Shown here: positions 37,735 through 52,500 of the stretch, piece by piece
How positions within the stretch are numbered: position 1 is the stretch's first letter
How the letters are laid out: each line of letters opens with the position of its first letter
Source: Pecten maximus
Taxonomy: Eukaryota
Reading direction: 5' to 3'
NCBI RefSeq assembly: GCF_902652985.1
Contig: NC_047015.1
Span: forward strand, 42,470,001 to 42,534,000
DNA length: 64,000 nt
Notes under the pieces: model-generated
Told to the model about the DNA's origin: nothing
Seen by the model: the letters and a program-made list of their open reading frames with translations, nothing else
Database searches by the model: none
Made by a program: the position numbers and the translations under genes

Positions 37735-40700
37735 GTTCTGCCAGAATTAAACTGAGCTCAGTCTCCAGAACTATGGGTGATATAACCAGTAATTGAAATA
37801 TTTTATCGTCCAAGAATATTGGGGCTGGATCAAGTGATAGATTTAATATCACATTGATACTTACGTCAAAGAGAGTTGTCTCATTTTACACTGTCGTATT
37901 TGTATCGTTATAAGATTGTCCACAGTATGTATATACCCTGTTAGCTTAACGAGAAAATGTCAAAATTTCATTTTAGTTTTCTTTTTTCAAATCTCGCGGA
38001 AAAAGTGTGTTTTTAAATTTTTTTTTTTTGATTCAGTTTGTTGAAATCTTAGAACGGTAGAACGTGATAGTAATATTAAAGGACAGTTTATATTACCAGT
38101 ATCATGTTGAGTTGAGGAAGCTGCAAGACAGATGGAGATAATAATTCACGAGTTACCACTTATCGGCATAGACCAATCAATCGTGAACTTTATGTTAATA
38201 GATTGTGCAAACAAATTTATAGCATCATTTAAAGTTTAAGCACATGTAAATGGTCAGAATTAATAGTTCGGTGCCAATGTACGTAAACCCATGATTCGCT
38301 AATGGACATCGTTACAACTGCCAAGGAGAGGCGTCATTATTTCCGAAGATACGAATCGATGTAAATATCAGATCTAGATATTATCTTAGCCTCCTAGTGC
38401 GCGTGTGTCATCCATATAGATCGTGGGATGAGACATGTGAATTTCTACAGAAACATTTCATAATTTAGCTAGAATGAGGCTTTGTTGGATTGACCAATCA
38501 GTAAATATCTGGAAGATTTCTGTATTGTTAATGTATAGCACACTACTTTTATAATGTGTTTTAATATTGATCTTTAAGACAAAACAGGGACAACTTGGTC
38601 TGCAGATCGCATGAAAACAATCCCCAGGATGACTTTATATCAAACCACTCCCATGTGTGATAAGGCGCACACAATTTATTAACCAAATTCTATTTTTTTC
38701 ATTAGATTGAGGATTTATTATAGAATATAAAGGTGTATCATTGCCGCCACGGTTTCATCAATATTCCCAAATTTAAAGATGCTACAGCGCCGACAGAGAA
38801 TAATTATGCTCGAATGAAAACAAGAATGGAATGTTGCATATTTTCATAAAATACCCAAAGTTACATACTTTATGCTATGTCCACCCTCATAAAGTCCAGC
38901 TTTTGATTGTATCTTTTGAATTCAAAATGGAAAAATTATTCGTGCTCAGCAGCTACCAACTTGTCCCTTTTCGAGGGATATGTATAAAGTACATGTAGGG
39001 GAGCCCGCACTAATCCAGTCTCAATTTAGGAAAGTGGCAGTTTATACATGACTTATGCAGATAGACCTCTGAAGAATGTATATTTAATTAAAACAATCAC
39101 TGACATACATGTATATAGTTGTTACTGGCTATGTCTTGTTAGGTTTCTTGTGACCCACAATTTTCTGAAAAATGAAGTTATATGAAGATGTGGGAATACA
39201 CTTAATATCAAATTAATTGTGTAAACCTCTTTAATACTAAAACTTTAATCATGTATCGTTAATGATTTAGTATCAGATATATAGCAATGTAACCCGGATT
39301 TATAGTTCAAAGAATAATCCTTAGGACATTATGACAATGGTTACATCAAATAGAAACGACAGACAATTACAAAACAAATCAAAAGATTAAATGATTGAAA
39401 TAAAGAAGCGCATAACTAGATTTTAGCAGATAACTCAACTCCAACTACTTTTATACCTTTTTTTTGTCAAACGATATCAGCATACATAATCAGTTCCATA
39501 AGTTTGTATATACAGTCTACTGGGCTGTTCCAAGGGAGATAACTGTTTTGTAACATTCACTTAAGTATGGTTGGTCGAAAGTTCGTGATCATCAATGGTA
39601 ACAAATATATCACTGAATGATAAGGTTAACTACAATAAGTCTCACGATAAATTTGACAGAGGCAACTTGAAAAGAGATTAAAAAAAAAAAGATTTTTAAT
39701 GTTAAGTGCAATAAATGACATGATAGCTAGCAAGCCAGCCAGCCAAACAGACAATAATCGTCATTTTAAATTTGACAGATAGACCTAGTTAACTTGAAAA
39801 GAGATTTATTTTTGTTGATTTGTACCCACATGACATCAATCGTGTACTCTAAAAAATAATTAATAAATGCTGGTAGGCTAGTGTTCCTCCCCATTCTTAC
39901 CAATTATGACTAAATAGGACAGCTTTTGAGAAGATCGTTATTCTATTACATTAAAGCTGTTGTCATTAAGTTTTATAGATGGTCGCTGTGTCGAAGTTTT
40001 ACTTCACTTTTTCAGTTAACCTGATGGTGTCGTTAGTTCAGTGTTTTGAGTTTCCCAGTTATCACGGATAAGTTGAACATGTCATCGCTTTAATACCCGC
40101 ATTTGTGAATCCTTTAGAAAAGGCCGATATTGTTGTCACGAAGCTCCGCCTTTAAATGATCCACTATTGTTCATCTTAACAGGATGGCGTTGTAAGCAAC
40201 AGGATATTCAAATATTTTGTGTATATCGATATAGTATAAAGCATACATATGTCTTTCTACAAATACAAATGTATTACATATAAATCCAACTTAATAGTAT
40301 AGAACACTATTACTTTAGTATATACAGATGTAGATCAGGACATGGCACTGTCTGTGTACACTATGAAGGTAATCAATTCATCAAATATATTTACCTGGTG
40401 TGTACATACAGCTGCTTGGAAACCGACAAACGTGTTTTATAGAACTCACCTGGGGACACAAATCTAACTGTTTAATCCGAGACGTTTTCTGTCGCGGCAT
40501 TTAATAATCTTCATTCAGAAGTAGGTAACAGGTTACTGCGATTCACCTAGGTCATTATTCTTACAGTGATCGGCTCACAATTACGACAAATTATACATGT
40601 ACCTGTAACGGGACACACGCTCCAACAAGTCTTAGATTCGAACTGGTAATCACCTTAGCGGGACATCTCGTATTTATAACGCAGTCTATACATATATGTA

Positions 40701-40786
40701 TGCAGTTGGAAAATGACTCTTTTGATAATATGAGTGATACAGAAAAGTTAAATTGTATAATGCAGAGTGCAGAGCCACATTTTCTA

Positions 40787-41590
40787 GCATCTACCATTTT
40801 TAACATGTACAATCGCAGGAAAAATATGCCAATAGCATTGTTATAGTATATGTATCATACTGCGTGAACCCTGGTATGTTTAATTCTTCTAAAAGTAATA
40901 TCTTGCATGTTGTAATATATGAGGGTTAGCCAGAGACTAACAATGTTCTACACTACATGATGGTTTTTGTGGAATTAATCAATTACTAAGTTGAGCAATT
41001 TGCTCGTTAATATACGGTACAATTATGGTATTTACTTAATTCAAGGCTGATGTATGTTGCCTGATAATACCATTACCGACTAATGTTAGTCTCTGAACCT
41101 CAAAATAAGTGTGATATTGATAAAATGATAATCGATAGATTTTAATAATTGTAGATATCAATGATAATGGATAGCATTTCTGATAGCTTATATTAGCAGC
41201 TACCATTTTTAATACGTGCAAATGCAGGAAATATATACCAACAGCATTGTTATAGTATGTTTAATTCTCCTGAAAGTAATATCTTGTATTTTGTATATAT
41301 GAGGGTTGGAGACTAACCATGTTCTACACTATAGGATGGTACAGTTGTAACTTTCATATATCCAGTGTGAAATTTAATTAATTATTAAGATGAGCAATTT
41401 GCTCATTAATATGCAGTACAATTATTTACTACTTAATTCAAGGCTCATGTGTAGCCTGATAATACCATAACTATTACAGACTAGTGTTAGTCTCTGAACT
41501 CCAAAAAATAAGTATGTGACATTGATAATCTATATATTTTAATCATTGTATAATTTAACAATAACGGATAGCATAATTGATAGCTTTTAA
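40787..41590. repeat. Diverged tandem duplication of ~410 bp non-coding sequence
   Basis: 40787-41190 and 41196-41590 are colinear (ctaccatttttaa...gcattgttatagtat...gagcaatttgctc...acttaattcaaggct...gttagtctctgaac). Confidence 0.9.
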
Positions 41591-41715
41591 TAGATTTTGT
41601 TCGTAATTAGTGTCTCATAAGCCAATAATGGCTGGATGTCAATATGTATTTTATTGTTCTTATGTACATTTTTTAATCAAGTATTGTATTGACATGTGAC
41701 ACTCAAATAAAATAA

Positions 41716-41743
41716 AACTTGAACTTGAACTTGAACTTGAACT
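41716..41743 (+). repeat. (AACTTG)n microsatellite, probably the 3' tail of a LINE fragment
   Basis: About 4.5 copies immediately after AATAAA motifs, an arrangement typical of CR1/L2 3' ends. Confidence 0.6.
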
Positions 41744-41859
41744 ATATGTATTCGTCAATTCCTCCCCCCCCCCCCCCCCCCCCCCCCCGCCCCCTCTCTA
41801 GAACAGAAAAAAAGGTTTTATTTCTTTAACATTGATTGCGAAACAAGATGTATCAAATT

Positions 41860-42035
41860 ATGTCAATCTCACTTGCTGGTCCAGAGGGAAGCAAGTGAGG
41901 AGTCCTAGTGTGGGAGAAAACCGGGGGGGAAAACCGTGGTCGGTTAGGTGGCCACCGTACCCTTATCACGTCCGATCGGGGAATCGAACCCCGGTCGCCT
42001 AGGTGAAATGCGAGTGTATTACCACTGTTTCCCCT
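41860..42035 (-). mobile_element. tRNA-derived SINE, same family as 2885-3148
   Basis: gatcggggaatcgaaccccggtcgcctaggtgaaa matches the 2885-3148 copy; minus strand has CAGTGGTAA (A-box-like) and GGTTCGATTCCC (B-box). Confidence 0.7.
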
Positions 42036-43331
42036 TCCTCCTCTCTTCTCCCACTCTCATCAGTGTTATCAGTTATCGTTATCTTCTCTACCTTTCCTCA
42101 ACTCTGCTCTCCTCAATGTCCCCCATACATACCCCCCACACGAAAAACATACACCTCTGTTACAAACGAAAAGCACACACACCTCTGTTACAAACAAAAG
42201 TATCTGGATCCTACAACATCATAGCTTTATGTTTGCTGTTCCGTCATCTATCCATCTAATTATGGAAATTGAAATAGTCCGCTCTCCTTTAAGCGGATAT
42301 ATGGATTATATACATGTAAAGTATCATTATTAGTGTAATTTTTGTGTATGACGTTTAAAAATTATATCGTCGGGAGTAAAATCTGCTGGAATTTAATATT
42401 GATTACTTTTGAATGTTTTAATAATCCAATTAACACAATTAATCTGTTGTATTAACAAAACACTTATTACGTGCCCCCTCCAAAAAAATCACCGAACCGT
42501 TTTTATGACATTTGACATTTCACTGATGTTTGATGTACCGTAAATCTGTTAAATCTATAAATTTATATATTATATAAGTATGAGATAAACACCTGTGGCT
42601 TACAACTACAAACTTACTAACTCAAATACGTAACCTGTAATACGATTCCTTATTGGATAAAGCATTACATTAAATGTAACAGAATAATCGCCTTTATAGC
42701 AGACCAAATAACCAGTGGCAATGTACACAGTTATATAAGTTAGGGTAATCCCTCCGCTCAAGCATGAACATTACAGGTAAAAACTAGCATTATACCAAAG
42801 TAGGTATTTAAAACATTATTGGACTATTCATCGCTTTTAGGTATTTGGGGCGATAGATTGTCAGATTTCAATACTAAAGCTCAGTAAGACGGCTTACTTG
42901 TACTTTTGGAGGTTTATGTATTGTAGGTATACAGTTTGTACAGTGACATGGCTGGTGTTCAGTAAGCCACTATTGTTATTACAGGGCAGGCGATTTGTAT
43001 TGTGTGAGCCTAATTACCTGTATAAACTAATATACCTGTATACTAATATACGTGTACTACTGGGATAAAACAATCGGCAGACTACGGCCGGTATGAAACC
43101 TGTGTACCCATTTGTGATACTGGCAGAACTTATAATATAACATATAATAATACTGCTGAACAGCGCTAGTTCGTTTACACAGCGACCCTCCGGAGATGTT
43201 TACTCCAGTATGTATGCATAATTCAGGTAGAATTTGTTATTAACTTACCGTGGATATATATGGACCTGTTCTCATACGTGGGGAGTACGTGATCGGATGA
43301 ATTAGATCGTGAGTCGAACAGGTAGCTAGAT

Positions 43332-45008
43332 ATGGCGGAAACCAATGGACATGTGGTCCCGGTTCTGCGAGAAGATATTGGAAGTCGGGGAATAGACAGA
43401 CGGAAGGACATACGCATGTGTAAACGCCATACGAAGAAAAAAGTCAGATATGTCTGTGAATCGTGTGGTGGTGAGAAAATATGCAAAAAATGTTTAAAAT
43501 CTACCCACAAAGATCATCAGATTGTTAGTGTGTCTAAGCCAAAAAAGAAACGTCGCCAAGCTGGATCGAAGACTCTAGAGGATTTAATTGGAAGCAGTGG
43601 TGGTGATTCGGAGAAAGTCGTGGATATTGGTAAACAGGACAATGAAGATACCACGGCGATAGACTTACTGGAGAACGCACAGAAGACGATTGAAGATATA
43701 GACGTGAAAGTAAAAGAATTCACCAAGGCGAGGAAAGATTTAAAACATGCCACGCATGTAGAAGTGGAAAAGGTGAGAGACAGGGCCGCCGCTCTGAAAC
43801 AGCAGGTTGATGAACTCGCAATGAAGCTAGAGAGCAGGCTACGAGACTTCCGGAAAACGAAAGATACGATTTTCAAAGATCACGAACGAGCTCTGAAGGA
43901 ATGTTCAAAAAATTTAAAAGACTACTGTATAAAATGTAAATCTACGCAGAATGAATCCTCCAGTGATTCCGGATTACACGTCGAGAAAAGTTTTGACATT
44001 CAACATGAAATAGAACAGTTTCTCAACAAAGAGCAGCACTTAGATATTCCAGTGGCCACAATGGACGAGTTTGTCCCGTGTACTACCTCACTGGAGCACA
44101 TTATGAAGGTGTTCGGTGATATGGATTTGCAGGAAAAGACCAATGTGTTAAGCAAGAGAAAGAGTAGTATCGTACCAACATGCTTGGAATTTACAGAAAT
44201 TTCAGCCTTTCAGTTCGAGGGTGAGGTAATGCGGTCCATCTGTCCGACACCGGAAGGAAGTTCGTGGATCGTGCGCGAGACAAACAATATGGTTTATACA
44301 GACATACAGCATGTGACTAACGACGGGGAAGTAGAATCGTCGAGCGTTTTTGGGGCAGGTGTCCTTGACATTGCTTCGAACATGGGCGACTTGACACTGG
44401 TCAGCTGTACCGACAACACTGTCCGAAGAGTGCTTCCAGATGGTCAGTCTTTTGTCCGGTTTCGAACCGAGGCTAGACCAGAAAGTATTTGCTTCCAGTC
44501 CAATAACAATGTGGTCGTGTGTTTCTTTAAGAAAAAGAAAGTTGCCGTGTTTAACCTTAAGGGGAGACAACTCCTGTCTTGCACGGATGCAAAATCGGAA
44601 GCGGATTTCATAACGCATCCCTTTCGAGTTAGGTCGAACCGGAAGAATGACGACATAGCTGTTCTCAATGCCGATCCGTATTCATTGGTGGTGATGGACA
44701 AAAACCTCAATCTCAAGTTCATCTACAATAGTTCTACCTACTATCCCAAGGATATCCAAGAAGGCGGTTTAGCTCAAGTGGCGCACCCAAACTTCCCTGT
44801 GCTTCCTAATGACGTGTGCTTTGATAACAGACATAATATTCTGCTCTGTGACGCCGCCAGCAAGTGCATTTTAACGCTTGATTCCAACGGTAGTATGCTC
44901 AGAGCAATCTGTCCTGAAAATGACCTACCTTCGTCCCTATCGTTGGATATAAATAACTTCCTATGGGTCGGATACCACAATGGACAGGTGAAAATAATCG
45001 AATTTTGA
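43332..45008 (+). CDS. RING-less TRIM-like protein: B-box type 2, coiled coil, NHL/beta-propeller (558 aa, uninterrupted ORF)
   Basis: CKRH...CESC....ICKKC....HKDH B-box; heptad-rich helical middle; C-terminal NHL-like repeats (PESICF, HPFRV, PNDVCFD..HNILLCD, LWVG). Confidence 0.88.
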   Translation: MAETNGHVVPVLREDIGSRGIDRRKDIRMCKRHTKKKVRYVCESCGGEKICKKCLKSTHKDHQIVSVSKPKKKRRQAGSKTLEDLIGSSGGDSEKVVDIGKQDNEDTTAIDLLENAQKTIEDIDVKVKEFTKARKDLKHATHVEVEKVRDRAAALKQQVDELAMKLESRLRDFRKTKDTIFKDHERALKECSKNLKDYCIKCKSTQNESSSDSGLHVEKSFDIQHEIEQFLNKEQHLDIPVATMDEFVPCTTSLEHIMKVFGDMDLQEKTNVLSKRKSSIVPTCLEFTEISAFQFEGEVMRSICPTPEGSSWIVRETNNMVYTDIQHVTNDGEVESSSVFGAGVLDIASNMGDLTLVSCTDNTVRRVLPDGQSFVRFRTEARPESICFQSNNNVVVCFFKKKKVAVFNLKGRQLLSCTDAKSEADFITHPFRVRSNRKNDDIAVLNADPYSLVVMDKNLNLKFIYNSSTYYPKDIQEGGLAQVAHPNFPVLPNDVCFDNRHNILLCDAASKCILTLDSNGSMLRAICPENDLPSSLSLDINNFLWVGYHNGQVKIIEF

Positions 45009-45181
45009 TTTCAGTTACAATGATATGTGCATAAAAGTATTGATACTTTGACGATGATCCTCGAAAATTATAATTAAAGATGATCGTCCGGAACTTTTAG
45101 AAACGTTCTGTCTGTGATAATATTGATATAGTCACCTAGAATCTATTGTATGGTAGAATTGAGTTTTATTTATCACGTATC

Positions 45182-45216
<35 letters not shown>

Positions 45217-47244
45217 CCTTTAATTCCACACACCTTGAATATTTTCAAACTTATCGTTTATTAATTGAAGACAGTTTTGTCTACATATATTTAGTAAAGG
45301 GCTTCGTTACATTTGATTTCATTACTAACCTTGATCAATACAGGAAACAATGTACATGTATGTCCAGCTGGTAGGAAGGGAGATAATTCTATATTACCAC
45401 CCGGGACAGTGGCCACGATGTTTGGCTTTAAGCTCCATTGCCTTGTGATGTTAATTGTTGACTCTTATTTTATGCACAAGTCTGGACGATCAGGCGTTAC
45501 ATTATATTTCAAGCATCAACGACTATTAAGGTGGAAACAGATTGTATAAAAGAAATAAAACATAAATTTATGATGAGCGTTTTTTTACTACCCCAGAGGG
45601 ACTATACGCCGTTAAAGAGAGAATGTAATGACCCAAGAGGTTTGTATATAATTAAAACACACACTCACACATATATATATATATATTGATTGATTTAAGC
45701 GTGTTCGATCTGTGTCAGAAATTCGATCAAAGCAAAAAGCTCCCTAAGCTTAGTCATGAAAAATACGAAAGAAAGAAAGAAAGAAAGAATGCAATGCGTG
45801 ATGTTTTTAAGCTTACAAGAGATAATGTCTTTATCTTGATGTGTATATCACTGTATATACGTACCTTATACATACGTTTTTAAATATATCAGATATCACC
45901 TACGTCGACTACAATACTCGCTGTCCTGTATACAAACTACATACATTGTTTTCGTACGTGTTTATAGCTAGTGTATAACTACCAAACATTGGTAACCGTG
46001 ACATCGATAAATACGGCACAATGGCACTCTTTACAACTTCGACATCCAAGGGTTCTGCTGTCAAAATACACTTATCCCACCCATAGTTTGCAGCCTTTTG
46101 ATTGGTTCCAGTTATAAAAAGCAGGCATATTTGTTACATAAAATGTTCATATTGAAGGAGCTATAACCATTATAACATTGATCTGACACTCTACTTATTT
46201 CGCATTTATCACATCAATGGTATACATAATTCCTTAGCGATCTATATATCAGGCTAGGAGTTTTGCTATATGTTGTTGTTTACGTGGTAGTGCTGCACAT
46301 CCCCATTGATATAAAGGGGTCGGGGTAAAGCATTTTAAAGAAATCAAGTGAAAATGTTGAAACTAATTTGAATCTGGATATTATGAATTGATGTCAAAAT
46401 GAAATTGCTAAAAAAATGTTGAGACTGGAAGCTAGAGTATTGAGCCTTTAAATGTTACTACCTATTGTAGTAAACGACATATTGACCAGGTGTGCGATAG
46501 AGACGTCCACAACTTGTGACTGATAGGGTTTATCATTTAGTCTTAGAAAAGACGACCACTTTGATGTCAAAGATTTAATTAAATGTCATACATGTATATA
46601 TAGAATGATTCTGCGTTATTGGCCATATGAAATATCAAACATCGTTTGGTCTAAGGATATCTACATATACATCATAGACGATTTTCAATTTATATGCTAT
46701 ATCACGCACGTGTCTTGAACCCGGAGATTTAAAAGGCGCCGATTTGTGAAGATTACAATAAGTTATTGTCTGTAAAACCTTACAATGTATACTCGGTAGA
46801 GACGAACTCATAAACTCCAGTTCTGACTACCCTATGTACAATGTGGTGTATTGTTAAACAGAGGGATGTGTATGACATATTAATGATTGCAAACTTTGGA
46901 ATACAAACAATAATTTCTAAAGAGCATGTAAATAAGAAAATACGCGGGAATCCCAATTAAGATATGGACCTTAGCGCTCTAGACGGATAAGGTGTTATTA
47001 TAATTGTATGTAGTTGGTCATAATGTGATGTTGTATCACAGAGGTGTGAACACTGATCATATCTGCCATTACTGGTACATTTTCTGCACAGAGTCAAAGG
47101 ATATATTCATTATTCAAAATACATGTACATCAATACAGATAAATAAATAAGTAAATAAACTCTGATTACGAAGCTATTCCTTTTGTATTATTCAGTTTTG
47201 AATAAATACTATTTTTGAAAACAACAAATTTTAGGTAAATTTTG

Positions 47245-47420
47245 GAGGTGTGGCGTAGTGGTAGGTGTAACGTACTCGTCTTCTACCTAAAGGTGTATGG
47301 GGTCACCTGTTCGACGACGTAGGTTTTCCCTGCTTCCATCCTGGTCAACAAACCTGCTTAATATAAGCTGACATAACTTTTCGCAATTGAAGTGAAATGG
47401 ATAAAAATTGATAGTTTTAC
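47245..47420 (+). mobile_element. Internally deleted SINE copy (family of 2885-3148)
   Basis: TGGCGTAGTGG A-box, then aaggtgtatggggtcacctgttcgacgacgt matching the reverse complement of 3055-3085; the B-box segment is missing. Confidence 0.55.
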
Positions 47421-47740
47421 TAGTAAATTCTGATTATATTACTTCCTTAGCGATAGATTACCGGAAGTAACTGAACAACACTCCGTTCCGTCACCCTTCA
47501 GTGGTTCTACTATTTATTGATATGATATTAATGGTTATACAGAAATACTGTTTTTACTGCTGCTTTATCACAATCATAGTCCGTATGGTAACTTGAAAAC
47601 GCTATAACACTGTTATATTTGCCCATAGTCCATACTTTGACATAACTTGTGCACACTGTTTCTATTACTCGTATATGTTTACAATATTACATATCATTCT
47701 GTCACTATTTAACGTTCACTATTACATGTATACGTGTGCA

Positions 47741-48806
47741 CTTATAAATGTACAGATACAAACTTATACATGTAGATACAAACTTATACATGAACATTTA
47801 TAAGCTTATACATGTACAGATACAAACTTATACATGTACAGATACAAACTTATACATGTACAGATACAAACTTATACATGTACAGATACAAACTAATACA
47901 TGTACAGATACAAATTTATAAATGTACAGATACAAACTTATACATATAGATACAAATTTATACATGTACAGATACAAACTTATACATGTACAGATACAAA
48001 CTTATACCTGTACAGATACAAACTTATACATGTACAGATACAAACTTATACCTGTACAGATACCAACTTATACATATAGATACAAACATTTACATGTACA
48101 GATACTAACTTATACATATAGATACAAACTTATAAATGTACAGATACAAACTTATACATGTACAGATACAAACTTATACATGTACAGATACAAACTTATA
48201 CATATAGATACAAACTTATAAATGTACAGATACAAACTGATACATGTAGATACAAACTTATACATGTACAGATACAAACTTATAAATGTACAGATACAAA
48301 CTTATACGTGTACAGATACAAACTAATACATGTACAGATAAAAACTTATAAATGTACAGATACAAACTTATACATGTACAGATACAAACTTATACATGTA
48401 CAGATACAAACTTATCCATGTACAGATACAAACTGATACATGTACAGATACAAACTAATACATGTACAGATAAAAACTTATAAATGTACAGATACAAACT
48501 TATACATGTACAGATACAAACTTATAAATGTACAGATACAAACTTATACGTGTACAGATACAAACTAATACATGTACAGATAAAAACTTATAAATGTACA
48601 GATACAAACTTATACATGTACAGATACAAACTTATCCATGTACAGATACAAACTGATACATGTACAGATACAAACTTATACATGTACAGATACAAACTAA
48701 TACATGTATAGATACAAACTTGTACATGTGCAGATACACACTTATAAATGTACAGATACAAACTTATACATGTACAGATACAAACTTATACATGTACAGA
48801 TACAAA
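47741..48806. repeat. 22-bp minisatellite (ttatacatgtacagatacaaac), ~49 copies; one more unit at 55096-55117
   Basis: Direct inspection; 20-bp variants are interspersed, and the array is cut by the transposon at 48807. Confidence 0.98.
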
Positions 48807-49509
48807 GGACTAAGTGCACTATAGGCTATTTTTGGCTCCACATCCGATATAATTGATTATCACACACAACATAGACCTAGTGTTAGTATTTGCAAAAATG
48901 CATGATTTGAGGCGATCGCCTTTTTCGTTGCCTAGCAACGGTCCCTAACAACCATGTAGTCATAGTATGCATATTTGCTATATTTTGAGAAAATTTTGTC
49001 TGACATAGCCTTGTAATGTACGATGAAATTCTGATAAACACTTAAAGTAATACATGTATTGTAAGTAATCAGGAAAAAACTGTTATACAACAAAAACATG
49101 CATTTCTTCCATAGCAACAGTTTTAAATCCCTAGCAACCACAAGCTAAATTAATATTTTTGCGTGAAAATTAATTATGGAATCAGTATAAAGTGCAAAGA
49201 ATTGAGTTTGCAACTCATTTTTATGAACTATGTTGGATTAAATCAGTACATTGAAAAAGAAACCAGTTACATGTATATGATGTGCAAATAATGCATTTGT
49301 AATGGAGTATTGCATAAGAATTAAAACAAACCTTGAAGTCAGGAAAGACAACAGACTGTTAATAAATAAACATTTAGGCATTAAATTGTGTCAGATTGTG
49401 AATCGTTCATTGGCAAATAATAAAAACAAAATGAGGAAACATAAAGAAGAAATATAGTTCATTGTATGTTCAGAAAATATATAAATCATAGTCATTCACA
49501 GTGCAATCT

Positions 49510-52500
49510 TCACTCCTCCAACGGATCGTTACTAGAGAATGTTCCTGACGAAGACGAAGCATTTAAACAAGATGAAGCTAGTCCAGGTTTTCCCAATTGA
49601 TCCTCTGGCAAATGTCGTTTCCAGCCAAGAAACCAAAGGACACTGGCAACATGTGCACAACACCCAACAACTCTGGCGCCTACTTTACACGTACAGTACC
49701 AGCCCCGAATATTCCCAGTGTCTGAAGTGTACTGAATCCAGAGGGTGTGGATCGCGTTTTTGGAGTGTCTGGACTGTATCTTTACTCTCAGCAAATCTGC
49801 AGAATAAACAAGAAATTGAAATTATATCTGCCGTGTTCCTTGTGACTGAAGTAATTATAACCCACCATGGCCACAATATTTATACTATCAAAGATGTTAC
49901 CCTGTTTTAATATTGCATGTCAAAGACTATGCTTACTATGTCACAGTCGCGGGCATTGATCATCGGAAGACAAACTTGGAGCAAAATATTAAAGGATTTC
50001 AAAAGTAATCAATGCATTACATTGTCAAGAATGTTCGGCTTTCAACGACGTGCACAATTATATTTCACATTCATGCAAATATTGCTGCTTTTATATAGTA
50101 ATGATGTAAACATGAGTGTTTATATAAGTAATAGAGATAGTCTAATCACTACCTACCGGGAAAGTCACGGCATGCCATCAGTTCATATCCCCCATCATCA
50201 TCAGTGTGCTCCTTGGTGTATGCTGGAGCCTGTTTCACCTGGTAAACACCCATGGTTATATTCCTAAGGTCATCTAATGATAGGTGAGGAAAGTCATCCA
50301 GGTCTGTAGAGGAAGTTCCGTCCAACGGTTTATAAATCGACCTCTTGTTCAACAAGCTATTCTCTTCTATCAGTACCTGGACGCTGTTAATCTTTCCTGC
50401 TCTCTCGAGCATCTGCACGGCAACGGCCTGCGTTTCTGGATCCATGCTGGCAAGGGGCTTTTTGTACCGGTTGCAAATGGCACACACAATCTTGACAAGG
50501 TCTCCAACATGAGGGACAAGTGTATTTGGCAACACTTTGTCAAAGAGGCGGAATTGCTTCAGTCGCCCATTGACACTTTCCACAACCCAACGTACCTAAA
50601 ATAAGGAAACAAAGATGTTCTATTTACTTTCTAGTACTTTTTTTTATTAACAATTAAATGCTTTGCACAATGTTCAATTGTCATGATGAACGCAGCATGA
50701 TTAACTTGAATTATGTTAAACAGCACGGCATCAGGTGAACGCGAGATCAAACAACTGACTAAGTATACAGACAATTAACGAAGTACATGGTACATATTAT
50801 GTAATCACTGATAAAGGCTATTTCAACATTTTCACACACGTATTGTTGACAAATGTTATCTAAAAATGTTAGTATCCAGTAAAAAATGTGTTTAAAACCT
50901 GAATACTTTATCAGTTGCCATTCATCGCAAATTCTTCAACAATTTACCTTTGTCACCAACCGGGACAAGTTGGACTCTTCCGTAGTGTGTTGTTTTTTCC
51001 CTTTGGCCAGATAAGCGGGCATTTCTACCTTCAATCCGATCTTTTCCAAGTATTCCACAGCGTCTCTGAACCCACGGTCAACAATGAAGACGTCATCTTT
51101 CTTCAACCATGTCCGAATCTCTTCAAGGTTGTGGTTCAGTACATGCTTGGTGATGCTGGCGTCGTTGTTGCCGTAGTCAGCCAGGTATGGACCCAGTACA
51201 CTCAGGATGTATCCATCTGTTCCTACCACCATCATAGGCTTTACCAATGGCCTGTTCTTATGTAGTGAGTAGGACATCCTCTGGAATTTGTAGTCCATAC
51301 TCTTTTGTATGTATAGGTATGTCCCTAAAACAACATAAATAATATACGTATATGGACATGGTACTAATTTTACGGTTACATTTTAACGCATCATTCATTT
51401 CAAACAGATGTATCATATTACAAATGAATAATAGGTTTTTTTTTCAGACACATATTCAATGGTAAATGAAGAACTTACATTTACAATTACACATATGTAT
51501 AGTTCTACTGTGTTAACTGACCGCATACTATGGTTGTTAATATTTAACATTTATCCTTGAATTTCAGTACCAGATATATTATAGTGTTAAGATAACAGTT
51601 TCGTGGAAAAACATACCATCGAGTACAAGGACGGCTTCTTTTCCTGTCGTAAACAGCTCCTTGGCAATTGTCGTCGTGTGTTTTTCAATAAAGTCGTTGT
51701 GGGCTAAATGGCCAAATCCAAGGTGTGTCGGCACAAGTGTTTCCATCAAGCATTGTCGTACGCGAGGAATAATTCTCTGAACCTGAAAAACCCACCAATG
51801 TGCACTAGAATAACAACTAGGTCTTCCAAAATTGTAGTTTTCATAGATTATATAATAGTTTGTCATATTATTCACATCGCATTAGATATAAGAGACAAGA
51901 ATTGGTTCATTTCATTTTAACAACCATGGTCATTTATGGGCGTGCTGGTTTTTGGAGGTGGAGGAAGACCGGAATACATAGAAAAAACCTGACGACCTAC
52001 CGTCAGTATAGAGGACCTACTATCAGTACCTGGTAAATGTCCAATGCGGGTTTAGAACTCACAACCCATAGGTGGAGATCTTATAGTGATAAAGTGTCGG
52101 GACACCTTAACCACTCGGCCAATGCAGTAGCTACAATTGACTGTTCAAGACATAAAGAAAATATCGCTGGGATAGTGACATCATAGTGTGAAATAAAATG
52201 TCTAGGTATAGCTTTCGTTAAATTATAGAAAAATATAGATAATATACCTGTGCAGTATTCAAGTTGAAAATTGTCCCTAGGATGGCATTGGGTAATCCAG
52301 TTTTCATCTTTGCCATGAAAATAGCCAAGCAGGTTCTGGAGGAGCGGTTTGAATTGTTCCTTACGGATGATGTCAGTTGTCCTGCCAAGTCATGAAACTG
52401 GTCTTTGGACAAGCCAGTGATGTTGGTGTATTCCTCCGTAGACAGAGCCGCTGGGTTGTCGAAATCTATATGTCCCTTTGCCTTCACGTTATCTCGGATA

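Noticed and set aside
5283-45215. Long poly-G/poly-C tracts (~5283-5315, 31869-31889, 41764-41795, 45184-45215) and their poly-Pro/Gly ORFs
   Set aside because: Simple homopolymers with no coding or positional pattern.
47922-48711. Repetitive ORFs (MYRYKLIHVQIQTYTCTDTNL)
   Set aside because: Translation of the 22-bp satellite.
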